Below, piece by piece: positions 40,498 to 53,737 of a stretch of DNA of 64,000 bases. The translations under genes and the position numbers were made by a program. Under the pieces are notes generated by a model. It was not told the origin of the DNA. It saw only the letters and a list, made by a program, of their open reading frames with translations, and ran no database searches. Where the stretch lies: NCBI GenBank assembly GCA_951406725.2, contig OX597826.1, forward strand, positions 22,692,001-22,756,000. Direction: 5' to 3'. The DNA is from Octopus vulgaris (taxonomy: Eukaryota). The number at the start of each line of letters is the position of its first letter. The stretch's first letter is position 1.

Positions 40498-41263
40498 TCC
40501 CGAGGGGGTGGGTAGAGGAGTTTCGGAAAATTCACACGATCCGACTTTTTTCCCCACCTCATAACTTTCAGGAAAATGGATATCTTTCATGAAATTTTAT
40601 ACAAATAACTTTCAAACAGTATCGATAACGATTATAAAGAAATTTGTTCGGTGGTGGTGGGGAGAGGAGTTTCGAAATAACGGATCAGGAAAACCAAGTG
40701 AGTTGCAGCCTCTCCGTTTTCATGGGCATTTCCCCCATTTCTTTTTAACCACAGCCTTCGAATTGATGGGGAGGTGCACCATTTTATGAAAAGAAAGTGT
40801 TTTGAAAATTTATTTTATAGAACCCCACCTTCTCATCATCCCACTCCAGACCGATTTTGACCTTTTGCACTTCAAAACCATGGCAGGTAAAAAAATTTTT
40901 TAAATTGTTAATATTTTCAGAGGAAAAAGTAAGTGATTTAAGGGAGATTTGGTTGTTTCTAGCATATCCTAAGACAACACTCCTTGTTTCTTTCTCACTG
41001 TCGAATGTATTGACGTTTTTCAATATTTTTCTCCCTATAAATACATTTATATGCTATAAAAATATTATGATTATTTTGCAACCCCACTCCCTGCCCCTGA
41101 TTGTTTCTGTTTACAATTTAAAACATTAGAGAGCTTAAGAAGGTCATTACTGGCATCCATCCACAGTGATTTTTTTAAAAAGAGGTATGTAAACGATAAT
41201 TCATTTTGATAGCATACTTTTCTTTTAGAAAATGTTTTTTCTTACACATACACACACACACAC

Positions 41264-41881
41264 ACGGCTTCGCTTGATTGAAGTGGGGGTAAAAATTTAA
41301 ATTATAATTTTTGTGTTAGGGACCACATGTACGTTACTTCAGATCATCATTCCATAAAATGTATTTAATGGGAGAAAGATACTGAAAAAAACAAAAAAAA
41401 AACATCAATACATGCGAGAGTGAAAACGGAGGGTAGTTTGGGATGTGCTAGAAACAACAGCCAAATCTCCCATGAATCGTACACCATTTCCTCTGAAAAT
41501 ATATACTTTTTTTTTTTACCGAAAAGTTTCTTCCCGTGGTTTTTATTTCTTTCAGTAATTTATCGTCGTTGTTTGCAAATAGTGAATTAAAACTTCGCAA
41601 ATAAAAATGAAAAATTTCGCCGTTGCTACGTCAATTCCGGAAGTTAACGTTGAAAAACCTTTGTAAAGAAAGGAATCATATATATAAAGCAATATTATCT
41701 ATCTTTAATACAAAAAAATAATAATAAATAAATAAACTGAAGACCCTGTTATGTACCTGAGGTCAGCTTATTCATGCATCCCAAGTATGGAAGCAATTCG
41801 TGCAGCCGTTTTCGCGTGAAAAGAGAACACACACACATACGCGCGCACACACACACACACGCAGGTCTATTTTATATACGA
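41264..41881 (-). mobile_element. Probable non-autonomous Helitron-like element
   Basis: Minus strand starts TCGTATATAAAA..(TG)n..CGAAAACGGCTGCACGAATT; possible hairpin remnant GCGAAGCCGTG at the other end; CTAG end not seen. Confidence 0.4.
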
Positions 41882-42783
41882 TATGTGTGTGTATACGCAC
41901 GCGCGCGCACACACATATTATATGCATAATTTTGGAGAAGCTTTAGTTCAGTAATATATCTTTCTAGGAATTTTGGGAAGTTTTCTTTTTGATTAGTCTT
42001 GTTCTTTGTTCTTATTTTGTGAAGAAACCTAACTTCAAGCAGCATTTTACAGATCAATTTTTAAACACTATTTTCTAAGCCTGAGAATGTTAAGTAGAAG
42101 ATGCAATATTGAATTCTACACCCACCTCAAAATTTTAGGGGATGCAAGTGCACCCCCGCACCCTCTATTCCCTTATTTCTGCGTATGATGATGTATATAC
42201 CTATGATGGCTAGTTATAATGTATATGATGTATATGATATCTTTCTTAATAGTGAGTTGGGTGTTTCCTCTGCAACAGATTAAAAAATGATTAATAACCA
42301 CCCTAACTAAAGAGAAGAACTTTGACTCAACCAGATAATTTTTCCTTATGTGTGAGTGAACGTGTGGGAGCATGTATGTGTATGTATGTATGTAAATGTA
42401 TATATGTGTATGTGAATATGTGTGAATGTAGGAGTGTGAACGCGTGTGTGTGTGAGTGTGAACGTGTATGTGTGAGAGAGTGAACGTGTGTGTGTGTGTG
42501 TGTGAGTGAACGTGGTGTGTGGTTGAGTGTGACCGTGTGCGTGTGTATGTATGTGTGCGTGTACGTTAATCTTTTATAAAATAATCCTAAATTATTCACA
42601 TATTTCTGACAACTTTAAATATTCATATTACTTAATTACAATAATTAATTATAATCAACCCTTTCGAGCTAGATCAGTGTGGGGGGGAGGGGTGCATGTG
42701 TGCCTGTGAGAGAGAAAGAAAAGAGAAGAGAGAGAAAGAGCAAGTGGGAGAGAGAAAGAGAGGGAAAGAGAGAAAAGGGGAGA

Positions 42784-42814
<31 letters not shown>

Positions 42815-43015
42815 GGAGGGAGAGAGAGTGTTACAAAGTGTTTGCTTTGATTCCTCTATTAAATTCATGCTCAGGTACAGAAGAATACTTACTGGCTTTT
42901 TGATCTTTGAGTAACTGTCTGCTTTCCACTAAACCTGCTAAAAACAGCAGTCAAATCTTTTAACTTGGCGATATAACATGCCAGGAAAAAGACCAGCACA
43001 CAATAATTCTGTTTG

Positions 43016-43018
<3 letters not shown>

Positions 43019-43075
<57 letters not shown>
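43019..43075. repeat. (GT)n microsatellite
   Basis: Direct inspection. Confidence 0.95.
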
Positions 43076-43079
<4 letters not shown>

Positions 43080-44010
43080 TGTAACCCCTAGGGAAAAGTA
43101 TGAAATAAAATTCCTAGTTTGCCCTTATTCTTGCAGCAAAATCACGTACAAGTGAATGGTTATGATCTAAAATATGCAAGATCCTTTCTCTATATGGGTA
43201 ACAGAATTCATGCAAGTGCTTCCCTACGAATCGTTTATCGGTTACCTAAAACAACTGCTTCGCTTGATGAAATGTAGCGAGACAAAAACTGTTGTCGATC
43301 GTTCTTTCTAAGTTGTTCCATGGATTTGAGACTTTGACTATTTATAGATCCCACATAGATCGGTTAGATACCTTCTACAAATGTTGTCTAACACCTGTGG
43401 GTATTTGCGGAAGGAGAGAGAGAGTCTGAAATGTTGATGTTTTCAAGGAATGTGGCATTCCAGGATTTGAAGCTTCTCTTATCCAATCTCAACTTGGCTG
43501 AATTTGTTATCTTATTCGGACAGGTGAAGAACACCTACCCCAGTGAACGAAACGTTGGGAGGCCGCTCTTAACATACAAACATACTTTAGATTATTGATT
43601 ACAATTTACTTGCACAGGTAGTATACATTTGGTTTTGCTTATTTACTTATTCTCATTGTGATGTTTGCAGTTATTGTTGCTAACAACTAATTTGATAAGT
43701 GTTAAGGCACGAAACTGCTGGCCCTTTAGACACTCATGGTACTTCTGCAAAGTATTAATAAATAGGTAATGAAATTGTTTTTACATTTAAATAGGAGGCA
43801 AAGGCAAAAAAAAAATTGTACAGGTCCATTTATCGTCACCCTTCCACTTCCCTTTTTGTTTCATTACTCCTCCTCTAAATATTCTACCAGCCCCAGCTGT
43901 CGGTAGCATCCACTTTCAAATGCATACCCTTGCTCAATATATTTATTGCTAAATTGTTATAGTGATGTTGTTATATCACTCTATTATTAGATTATTAGAT
44001 CAGACTATAT

Positions 44011-44439
44011 ATACCTATTTCTTTACTACCCACAAGGGGCTAAACGCAGAGAGGACAAACAAGGACAGACAAACGGATTAAGTCGATTACATCGACCCCA
44101 GTGCGCAACTGGTACTTAATTTATCGACCCCGAAAGAATGAAAAGCAAAGTTGACCTCGGCGGAATTTGAACTCAGAACGTTATGGCAGACGAAATACCT
44201 ATTTCTTTATTACCCACAAGGGGATTAACATAGAGGTGACAAACAAGGACAGACATAGGTATTAAGTCGATTACATCGACCCCAGTGCGTAACTGGTACT
44301 TAATTTATCGACTCCGAAAGGATGAAAGGATGAAAGGTAAAGTCGACCTCGGCGGAATTTGAACTCAGAACGTAACGGCAGACGAAATACGGCTACGCAT
44401 TTCGCCCGGCGTACTAACGATTCTTCCAGCTCACCACCT
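44011..44439 (-). mobile_element. tRNA-derived SINE family 2, dimeric (one full unit plus a head-truncated unit)
   Basis: B-box GAGTTCAAATTCC; central TTTCATCCTTTCGG.GTCGATAAATTAAGTACCAG; flanking repeat TCAGACTAT at 44000-44008 and 44440-44448. Confidence 0.88.
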
Positions 44440-44481
44440 TCAGACTATCTCTACCTATCAATCAATTTATCTATTCATAGC

Positions 44482-46400
44482 AGACATGCCAAACTCCCGG
44501 CCCGTGCAGCAATTTCCTCTGGTCCAAATGGACCATTTTTATATCACCATGGAATCGGTTCAAATAGAGTGCTTTGCTGCCCTCAGCAGCACCCATGTCT
44601 TCTTGGCTAAAGCAGGCCGTTACATTATATATACCACTGACTGCACTACCTTTTTTAACCTTAATTTAATATACAACTAGAAACAACACCACTGTAACTA
44701 TAACCCCCTGTTTGTACAAAAAAAATACCACATTAAATAGGCATTATGACACAGTCACAAGTCTTAACTGTAACTGCAACAAAGCATGCTGGGAAACGCC
44801 TCCTTCGATTCTCTAATTGCATGTTGTGAAGCGCTGATGACGCAAAATCTACTAATCCCATAATGCACCGCAACAGCCACCTTGCCACTATTTCGGGTAA
44901 CCATTTTCACGTGACATCATTCAGTAGTAGTAACTATCTATATCAATGGCCAAGAGAAAAGTCGATGCTGAAAACAGAGCCTTTCAAATCCGGTGGGAAA
45001 CCGAGAACATGTTCACTGACATTGACGGCAAACCCGTGTGTCTTAATTGTGGTGCTAATGTTACTGTACTTAAAGAGTATAATCTCAAATGCTACTACGA
45101 GACAAAACATCAGGACAAGTATAAATACCTCACTGCTGAACAGAAGCAACGAAAGGTAGACGAGTTGAAGAGAAATCTCACATTAAAACACGTTTTTAAC
45201 CAAAGCAAAATCACAAAGTGAAGCTGCTGTTCAAGTAAGTTTTATCGTGGCAGAGGAGATCGCAAAATCAGTCCGGCTATTTACCAAAGGAGTGTTTGTG
45301 AAGAGCTGCATGATGAAAATGTGTGACGTTTTGTGTCCAGATGAAAAGCAACTATTTACTAATGTATTAACAGAAATACAGTTGCTGATCGGGTGTGTGA
45401 GATGGCCACTGATTTGAAAACACAGTTGATTGAAAAAGGAAAAGATTTTGTTGCACACTCTCTTGCTGTGGATGAAACTACTGACACAATTGATGCGGCA
45501 CAACTGGCTATTTTCATCCATGAAGTGGACTGCAATTTGTTCATCATGGAGGAAATTTTGGACATTAAATCGATGCACAGGACAACAACAGGGAAGGACC
45601 TTTTTGAAAAAAAATGTCAGATTGCAACCGACATGAAACCGCCTTGGGACAAACTTGCTGGACTTTCAACAGATGGAGCACCGGCGATGTGTGGTAAGAA
45701 AAAAAGTGGGCTGATGGGTAGGATGCGTTTAGAGTTACAAGAAGGGAACTGCGCTGGTGAGTTGACAACATATCATTGCATCATACACCAGGAAACGCTG
45801 TGTGCTAAAGCCTTTAAAATGAAACATGTAATGAGCACTGTAACGCAGACCGTAAACGTTATCCAAGCTAAAGGGTTAAATCACCGCCACTTTCAGTCTT
45901 TCCTGCAGCAAATACATTCAGAGTTCAGTGATGTGCCTTATCATACAGAGGTGCGGTGGCTCAGTCGGGGACAGGTCCTCAATATAGTTTTTGGGCTGGT
46001 TGAGGAGATATGTCAGTTTATGAACAGTAAAGGAAAAGAATCCAAAGTTCTGCGAGATGAAGAAGGGAAATGCGAGTTGGCGTTTCTGGTTGACATAACT
46101 GCGCATCTCAATGTTTTAAACATCCAGCACCAGTGACGAGATCGTATGATCTGTGATATGTATGACGCAGTGAAGTCATTCCAAGTGAAGCTGCGTTTAT
46201 GAGAAACACAAATGCACCAATTGAACTTGTCTCGCTTTCCTTGTTGCCAAGAAATGTTGAGCCAAGTCAGCGCCAAGGTGTTCCTAAAGCAACACTTTGT
46301 TGATAAAGTGAGTGCATTCCGCACTAAATTCGCACGGCGTCTTTTGAACTGCTTTGCAACCCATTTGCCGTCAATGTGGAAACTGCACCTGTACAAATTC
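44482..46400 (+). mobile_element. hAT (Charlie/SPIN/Buster, GTF2IRD2-like) transposon, 3'-interrupted; transposase from 44946
   Basis: MAKRKVD.ENRAFQ..W, KPVCL.C, YETKH zinc finger; LAVDETTD, TDGAPAM, HCIIHQE, EVRWLSRG; left end CAGACATGCCAAACTCCCGGCCCG. Confidence 0.9.
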
Positions 46401-46401
46401 A

Positions 46402-47340
46402 AAGCCTGGTGCTTTCGTAGATCAAGGCATACGGAGTGTCGCAAGGCACTCTTGCTATTCCGTCGCTCGGGTAATGCCAGCGGTGGGAGTTCTACAGCAT
46501 TTTTCTATAGAGGGTTGGTAGAGGTTGAATGTGACGATGACCTGGGGGAGACTCTGGGTCTCGGGTATATTCAACTTGACATCCTGTTTTTACGTTTGAG
46601 TTGAGGACGCTGGATAACTTCCAAAAGTCATTGACCTGGCAATGTTACAGAAGTGCCTTGTCCGTTCGGGATAAGGTTGCAAGACATGATCAATGCAACA
46701 CGCCGACCTGCCCAAGTTGTGGGCGGGATAGGGAAACCGCCCCGCACGCTATTGTACAGTGTTCGGAGGTGTCGGAGATGTGGGCTTATGCAGAACATCT
46801 GCTGTCTGGTACAGGAAAAATACAGCTATCGACTGAGTCAATTATAAAAATTGACCTGCCGGATTTTCTATCAAATGAAGGTAAGAATTGTTTTCTCATC
46901 GTAGTAGCAATAGCGAAAGATGTGGTATAGAAAACAAGGATGAAAGGAGTGATGACAGGCAGCTTCATCTCTGGCCTTGCCTTACAGAGGTACTTTACTT
47001 TTCATTTGAAAGGAAAATAGCGCTAAAGAAGAAGTGTCTATCGGAGAAAATGTTTAACGAAAGATGGAAATATGTAGCACGAGTGTTGCGAGTGGTTACC
47101 GTGTGAATAAGCCATAAAGTGTCTTGAAAGTTATCAATGGTGAATTGGGGCTCGTGGGATCGGAGCTAAACCCAAGCACCACTCCATTTGTTGTGTCAAT
47201 TGTGGTGTAATCATCGATTCGTTTTATATATTATATGTCAAATTTTTAATAGTATTTTAATGTTAAATTCATTCGTATATCTGACCCTCATAATGTACTG
47301 TCCCCATCTATGTTGGACCCTAGTGGGCAATAAAGAAATC
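46402..47340 (+). mobile_element. L1/Tx1-like LINE 3' end
   Basis: zf-RVT-like CPSCGRDRETAPHAIVQC..W; T-rich 3' UTR ending GGCAATAAAGAAATC. Confidence 0.75.
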
Positions 47341-49125
47341 AATCGTGAGTTGTGATTTATTGTGATTTTGCTTGTTTTTGAACGCTTTGTTGACGCTTTG
47401 TTTTCTTTGTTATACTGCCTTGCGGCTAAATTTATTGGTTTTACTGTTTAAAGACTGTTTATTGCTTCTTGAAAGTATTTACTTTTCATTCCCCCGTTGG
47501 GGGGAATAATTACTTAAAAAAAAACATGTTGTGCGGCAATAAGCCAATTGAAAACGTTGAAAATATATTGGAAATAGAAGACATTTCAAGTGTGACAGAA
47601 GGTTCACCTATGAGATCTCAGGAAGAATTCCTAAGTCTCCCGTTTGAGACTCCAAAAAAAGAAAGTATTGTATCAAAAAGGATCACAGACATACCAAGTC
47701 TACAAAAAGAAGATAATAAGAAAAGCTGTTTCACATCAGCAGCCGGGAATCGAACCCGACAACTCACAACAGAAAAAGAAGAGCTCCAAAAGTATAAAAC
47801 AATGCTACAAAAGGAAGGAAACACAGTAAAAGGGTAAACTCCAGAAAAATTGCTACAGGAAAAAAAAAAAGAAAAACCTTGATTTTTAAAACGTATAATT
47901 CAAAGAGTCGAAAAAATGACAGAACCATTTGAGGAAACGATTAAAAATGTTTAAAACAAATATGGACTGACGGAGACTACATGACACATGGAAAAAAGTT
48001 TGGCACGATAGAAGTGAGAATGGTAAACGAAGAGAAGGCACAACACCATTCAGGGGAAACACTAAAAACTGAAGACGTGGCATTCATCCCCATGCATATG
48101 GGAAGGAGAACGTCGAAAATAAGATTTGGTAGAATCCCACCAGAGGGGGACCCCATGTGGCTGGTAGCAGCCGTAACTATGAACCTGGAGGAGAAAATCA
48201 CGCTCCTCCAGGCGACGGTTACCGACAAAAGGAACTGGTACAGCCAGACAATAAATATGATCGGGAAAGCGGAACCGCAAACACTAAAAATTCCAGAGAA
48301 AATCGAGATAGAGGATGAGTTCTTCATAGTATTTGTGGAGGGAAGAAAGCCAGGGTGTTTCCAGTACAGGGAACTTGGGCACATCGGCTCCGAATGTAAT
48401 TAATAATAATAAGAAGAGGAGGAGGGGGAGGAAGGAGAAAAACAGAAAGAGATTCAAGCGGTGAACAAAAGGAAAATACATCCAACTGTGCCAACCAAAG
48501 CTGGGCCGTCAGACAAGAGGCCGAAGAAGACGGCAAAGAGAGAGAGAGAGAGAGGGGGGGGGAGGGGGGATTAGCAGCCTTCAACATAGAGGATACAGAA
48601 TTAATGAGAGAACTAAAAATGAAGAAAACAGCTATACAGATGAATGAACACCAGGACAATTACAAAAACTATGACATTTATGATATAGATCTAAAAAGCC
48701 ACACAATCCTGAAAAATAAATTCAGGAAGACTGTGAGAACAATGAAGAAGGACTTTCATTCTTCTATTTTTAATGATTTACCGACTCCGATCTCGCGAGC
48801 AAGAAAAAAGAAAGAAGAGGTGGAGACACCACCTTCCAGATACCGCGGAATAATTAAGGTAAGATATTATGGCTATTCGCATCGGTTGTTTAAATGTACA
48901 TGACCTGATGTCGAGCTGGAAGCAAGGGCGCTTCCTAAATGACATCGGGTCACGGGATTTGGATGTAATTGTTGCTGCAGAAGCCCGGTTGAAAGGACCA
49001 AGAGATCTGCTCCCTCTGCTGAACGGCTTCGAGAAATACGTTTCTCCGTATCGGGCGACACTTGGGGGCGGGGTGTTGGTCCTATTAAAAAGAAACCAGG
49101 TTTCTACTGTTTACGTTGATATTTA
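47341..49125 (+). mobile_element. L1/Tx1-like LINE 5' part: ORF1 with zinc knuckle and start of APE
   Basis: VEGRKPGCFQYRELGHIGSEC; ORF2 start MAIRIGCLNVHDL..AAEAR..GGGVLVLL (48869-49126). Confidence 0.75.
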
Positions 49126-49612
49126 ACACTTGATGCTTCACATCACGAAACTCTTTTCACCCGCGTGTTTTGTTTTAATATTTCTGTGTGTTAGTATATT
49201 ACATATTTTTCTGAGCGTCTGTGTGTTAGTATTTTTCTGTGTGCTAGTATTTTTACATATTTTTCATTTCATATATTTTTGGGACTCAGACAGCTGGATT
49301 TATTTTACTAGGTTAATTCTATTCATGAAAATTTAAATTAGTATTTCCTAAAAGGTTAGCTTCACATTTTAGCAGCTTAACTGAAATTTAGCCCACGTAT
49401 CAGGAACTGAGAGGGATATCGTGGAACAGAGAAACTGTGGGTGATACAGATAATTTGACATAATTTTTGAATTCTGCATGCAAAAACATATGAGATACAG
49501 GTATTCTTTTCCTTGGGACAAATTCTTTGTTGACCAGTGTTATTCTTATAGTAGTTTAAAAATCCAAGCATGAAAACGTTACTCAACTTCGGAGTTTTGA
49601 AGATAGACGCCC

Positions 49613-49675
<63 letters not shown>

Positions 49676-50282
49676 ACACACATGCACTTATATATTAATG
49701 GTGTACGCAAATACATGACTGAAATAATACATAATACTGAAATACGCATAAAGTATAACAAATTTTTAAAAAGTGATTAAAAAATACAATCAGTAAGATG
49801 ATACGTGTTGATTTTATTAGGTATTTCTGTTTATCTAGAAACCTACAATTAACAGGTCAGACGCTAAACTATAAATTTTACAGAGTACAACCTTAAAGTT
49901 GACACCGCTCCGCTAAACGCAGAAAATTTCTGTCTCGCTATTCACTAAAAATACTCAGGCTTTTTTGTTTTTGTTTTTTTTTTCTTTCTATTTTAAAACC
50001 TCTGTAACTTTTTCTCCAATTTTTTTCTCTCTACATCATCATACCTTCAAAGCAATGAGATTGAAAGGCTACATCCTTATAACCGATTTACAGATATTTT
50101 ACTTCATTTTAAAAAATGCATATTTTGCAAATGCAAAAAAAAAATTGATCCTGAAATACTGTTTGGCATGTTTTCAACGCATGAAACTAGTAGTACATAA
50201 AAACATATATTATGTTTATTAAATGATATTTATCTCTCATCCGATGGACTACTTTCTTGTTGATCTTGTCATCATTGAACAA

Positions 50283-50371
<89 letters not shown>

Positions 50372-50373
<2 letters not shown>

Positions 50374-52990
50374 TAGGGACCAGAGACACCAGGACACAGG
50401 CTGGAACCTAGTAATAAGGAAAAACCGAAGATAATCAATCTTTCAACCAAACCTCTTTCTAACATAAAAATTGACATCCTCTCAAAAGGGCTCAAATTTA
50501 CACCAACTCCACGCAGAGCCAACCTAAATGAAATCAAGGATAATATAACAGAATTTTGCAGAAAATTAAGACTAGCAGAAGCATCAACCAGTTTCAATAC
50601 TGAAGATGAATCACTAGTCAAGAACAAAAGTGAACACATCCCACACAGAGGAAGAAATAAAGATCTTGATGAATTCTGTAACCACATTGAGAACTTTCCC
50701 TACCATACTATACATAAACAGAAAGTTAACTCAAATTTTAACACTACACAATGGAAGGAACTGATAGAACTTCAAAATGATGAGGATATAACCATTAAGG
50801 AAGCAGACAAGGGAAATGCAGTTGTAATAATGGATACATCATACTATAGAAATCTTGTAATTTCCTTGCTTGATGACGACCTACATTATGAAAAAATTAC
50901 CAACTACACCCCACAAAAAATAATGAAAACTCTATCTTCACTAATTAAAACCCATGAAAAGGAACTAACAACCAAAGAGATTGACTTTCTAACAAACTTT
51001 AAATGCAAACCTAGCCTTTTCTATGGTCTGCCAAAAATTCATAAAAGCCAAATTATAAATGAAACCATTAAAAAATCACCAAAGACATACATACACACAC
51101 CCAACCCGGGGGACCTAAAACTACGACCCATTGTAGCTGGCCCAACCTGTGAAACACACAGACTAAGTCTACTTATGGACATCCTCCTGAAACCCTTCCT
51201 TAAACATATCGATAGCCATATCAGAGATGACTTAGATATGTTAAACCACCTTCCAAAAAAGCCAAGGAAGAAACAATCCTGGTTTCATTTGATGTAGTTA
51301 ACTTATATACCAGTATACCTCATAATTATGGACTAGAGGCAATACAGTTCTGGCTGGACCAATTTCCGGAAGAAATACCAAAAAGGATCAGTAAAGAATT
51401 CATTACTAAATCAACTGAATTCATCCTACACAATAACCACTTCATGTTTGACAATACATTTTACCGTCAAAAATCCGGAATTGCTATGGGTACAAGGGCA
51501 GCACCAGTCATTGCGAACCTAACAATGGGCTACATGGAAATAATCATTTACCAGGAATCTTTATCAATCTTTGGAAACCCCTTTCTCAATACATAAAAGA
51601 GAATTGGAAACGATTCTTAGACGATTGTTTTATTCTCTGGAATGAAAACACAGATGAACTCCTAAAATTTAAAAACCTATTGAACAGCATAAACCCAAAT
51701 ATACAGTTCACAATGGAATACAACCAAAAGGAGCTCCCATTCTTGGATATACTAATTAAAATAATTAACCTTAAAATAGAAACAGACATTTTTTACAAAG
51801 CCACAGACGCCAAACAATACCTTCTTTTTAATTCATGCCTCCCAAGACACACTAAAACAAACATCCTCTTCAACCTTGCAAGAAGGATATGCACAATAGT
51901 GTCAGAACAAAATACCAGGAACTTTAGACTGCAAGAACTCAAAAACACCCTAATTGACAGACATTACCCAGCTCAACTCATAGAGGATGGGATCAGACGT
52001 GCAACAGAAATCAACATAGAAACTTTAAGAAAAGTTCAACACAACAACACACCTTCCCCGAAAATACTACCTTACATATCTACATACAACCCCAGAAAAA
52101 AAGAAGCCCATAAGGACCCCAAATTAAAGGAAATTCTAAACATACACCAAATCATTAAAAGCTACAAACAACCTAAATCACTTAAAAAGATTCTCACAAA
52201 GGCAAAATTGTTTTCTGAAATTACGGATGCAAAAGTAAAAATTTTGTTGATCGAACTGTGCAACATGTCCTAACCTGCTAGAAGGATCAGAATTCCTCTT
52301 TAAAGAGGGACAGAAATTCAAGATCAAATCTAACTTTACTTGTGCCTCTGAAAACATAATTTATGTCATAAAATGCTCGGGCTGCCACCAAGACTACGTG
52401 GGTTCCACGGGACTATCACTCAGACGTAGATGCACACTGCATCGACAACAGATTGCATTCCCAGAATACAGAATGATACCTTTTAGTGAGCACATTGAGA
52501 AATGCGCAAAGCAACTACTACCACAATTTTTTAATCTTTCCATTTTACCAATGTGCTATCGGATCATCAACACAAATTAGACTAAACAAGGAAACATTCT
52601 TCATTGAAAAGTACAAGCCCAGACTTAACCATGCCAACATACTGATACAGAGAAATTCACACCAAGGGAAAGGAAAAAAATTTTAAGCGATTATCTCCCT
52701 TACACCGGAAGAAATCACTCATTACCTCCCCTTATTTAGAACTCTTTTAAACATAAACATAACGATAACTCTATTCAACATAAAGATAACGTCGTAAGAA
52801 ATTTGAAAAGCTAAACGCGAAACCGGTCTTTCTTCTAAACTGTCATTGTAGGGAAAAAAATTTTTTTAATATTCTTCAGACATATTGACGCAAATATATA
52901 TATATTTTAACCTTTAAGCCTTCTGTAGTTTTTTCACTTTTTACTATTTTCTATATATTCAACCACGTGCTTTCACAAACCAACTTTCTT
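50372..52990 (+). mobile_element. Neptune-type PLE, nearly complete RT-GIY-YIG with frameshifts (coding to ~52686)
   Basis: LSKGLKFTPTP, IKEADKG, FYGLPKIHK, LRPIV, LYTSIPH, GIAMGT, RFLDD, LPFLDI, FTCASENIIYVIKCSGCHQDYVGST; starts in (TA)n. Confidence 0.9.
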
Positions 52991-53017
52991 ATATATATAT
53001 ATATATATATATATATA

Positions 53018-53241
53018 CTGCTCTTAGGTTAGTTTTTCCATGGGGCTGGCCAGATTGGAGCAATCTCAAGAATAATCAGCCGAAATTGCGAGGATAATCT
53101 GGTGCTTGACTGAAGAAAGAAAATTTTAGTCAAAGAGACCCGTCCTTGTTCTCGTTGTATCGTCTATCTGGGTGTTTTGTTGTCCCTTTTTGTATCACCC
53201 AGCTGTCCGGATGTCTTGCGTTCTTGTCCCATTTTGTATTA
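53018..53241 (+). mobile_element. Family E repeat fragment
   Basis: Similar to 58925-59143. Confidence 0.6.
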
Positions 53242-53649
53242 TCTATAATATAAATTGGACATGGGCGTTCATTGTATTCTTTCTTGTCTTGTGGTTTACA
53301 GCCAAACTGCAGGGTGGATTCGCGTGAAAAATGGCACACATGTGGAGACAGGTGCATAGATTGGAATGCAGTTTGTATTTTTTCCCTAACCCCCATACTT
53401 ACCGATAAAATCGATTAAAACTTTTCTAATGGAATTTCCCTCGTTCTTCTGCCATTAAAACAACCAGTTGCTCAGAAGTTATTTTCTGACGGGATGGGAT
53501 CAGGAAATTTTCATATAGCTGGAGGCTCCAATCGAAACAGGGGACTCGAAATGATAAGGTTGACAAACGCTGTCATAGATTATACCTAACAGAAAACGAT
53601 CACAGCCACATCATCCAAACAGACCAGGTGAAACCGGGCTTAGCTGCTA

Positions 53650-53650
<1 letters not shown>
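53242..53650 (+). mobile_element. Short non-autonomous Helitron
   Basis: A|TCTATAATATAAA start; CCAGGTGAAACCGGG hairpin then CTAG|T. Confidence 0.7.

Positions 53651-53732
<82 letters not shown>

Positions 53733-53737
<5 letters not shown>

Noticed and set aside
40500-41160. Repeat-like sequence after the MULE fragment
   Set aside because: Looks like the interior of a non-autonomous element but no termini or homology could be established
49130-50220. Possible non-autonomous DNA transposon pieces (TTAA-flanked)
   Set aside because: Could not identify matching TIRs or a second copy
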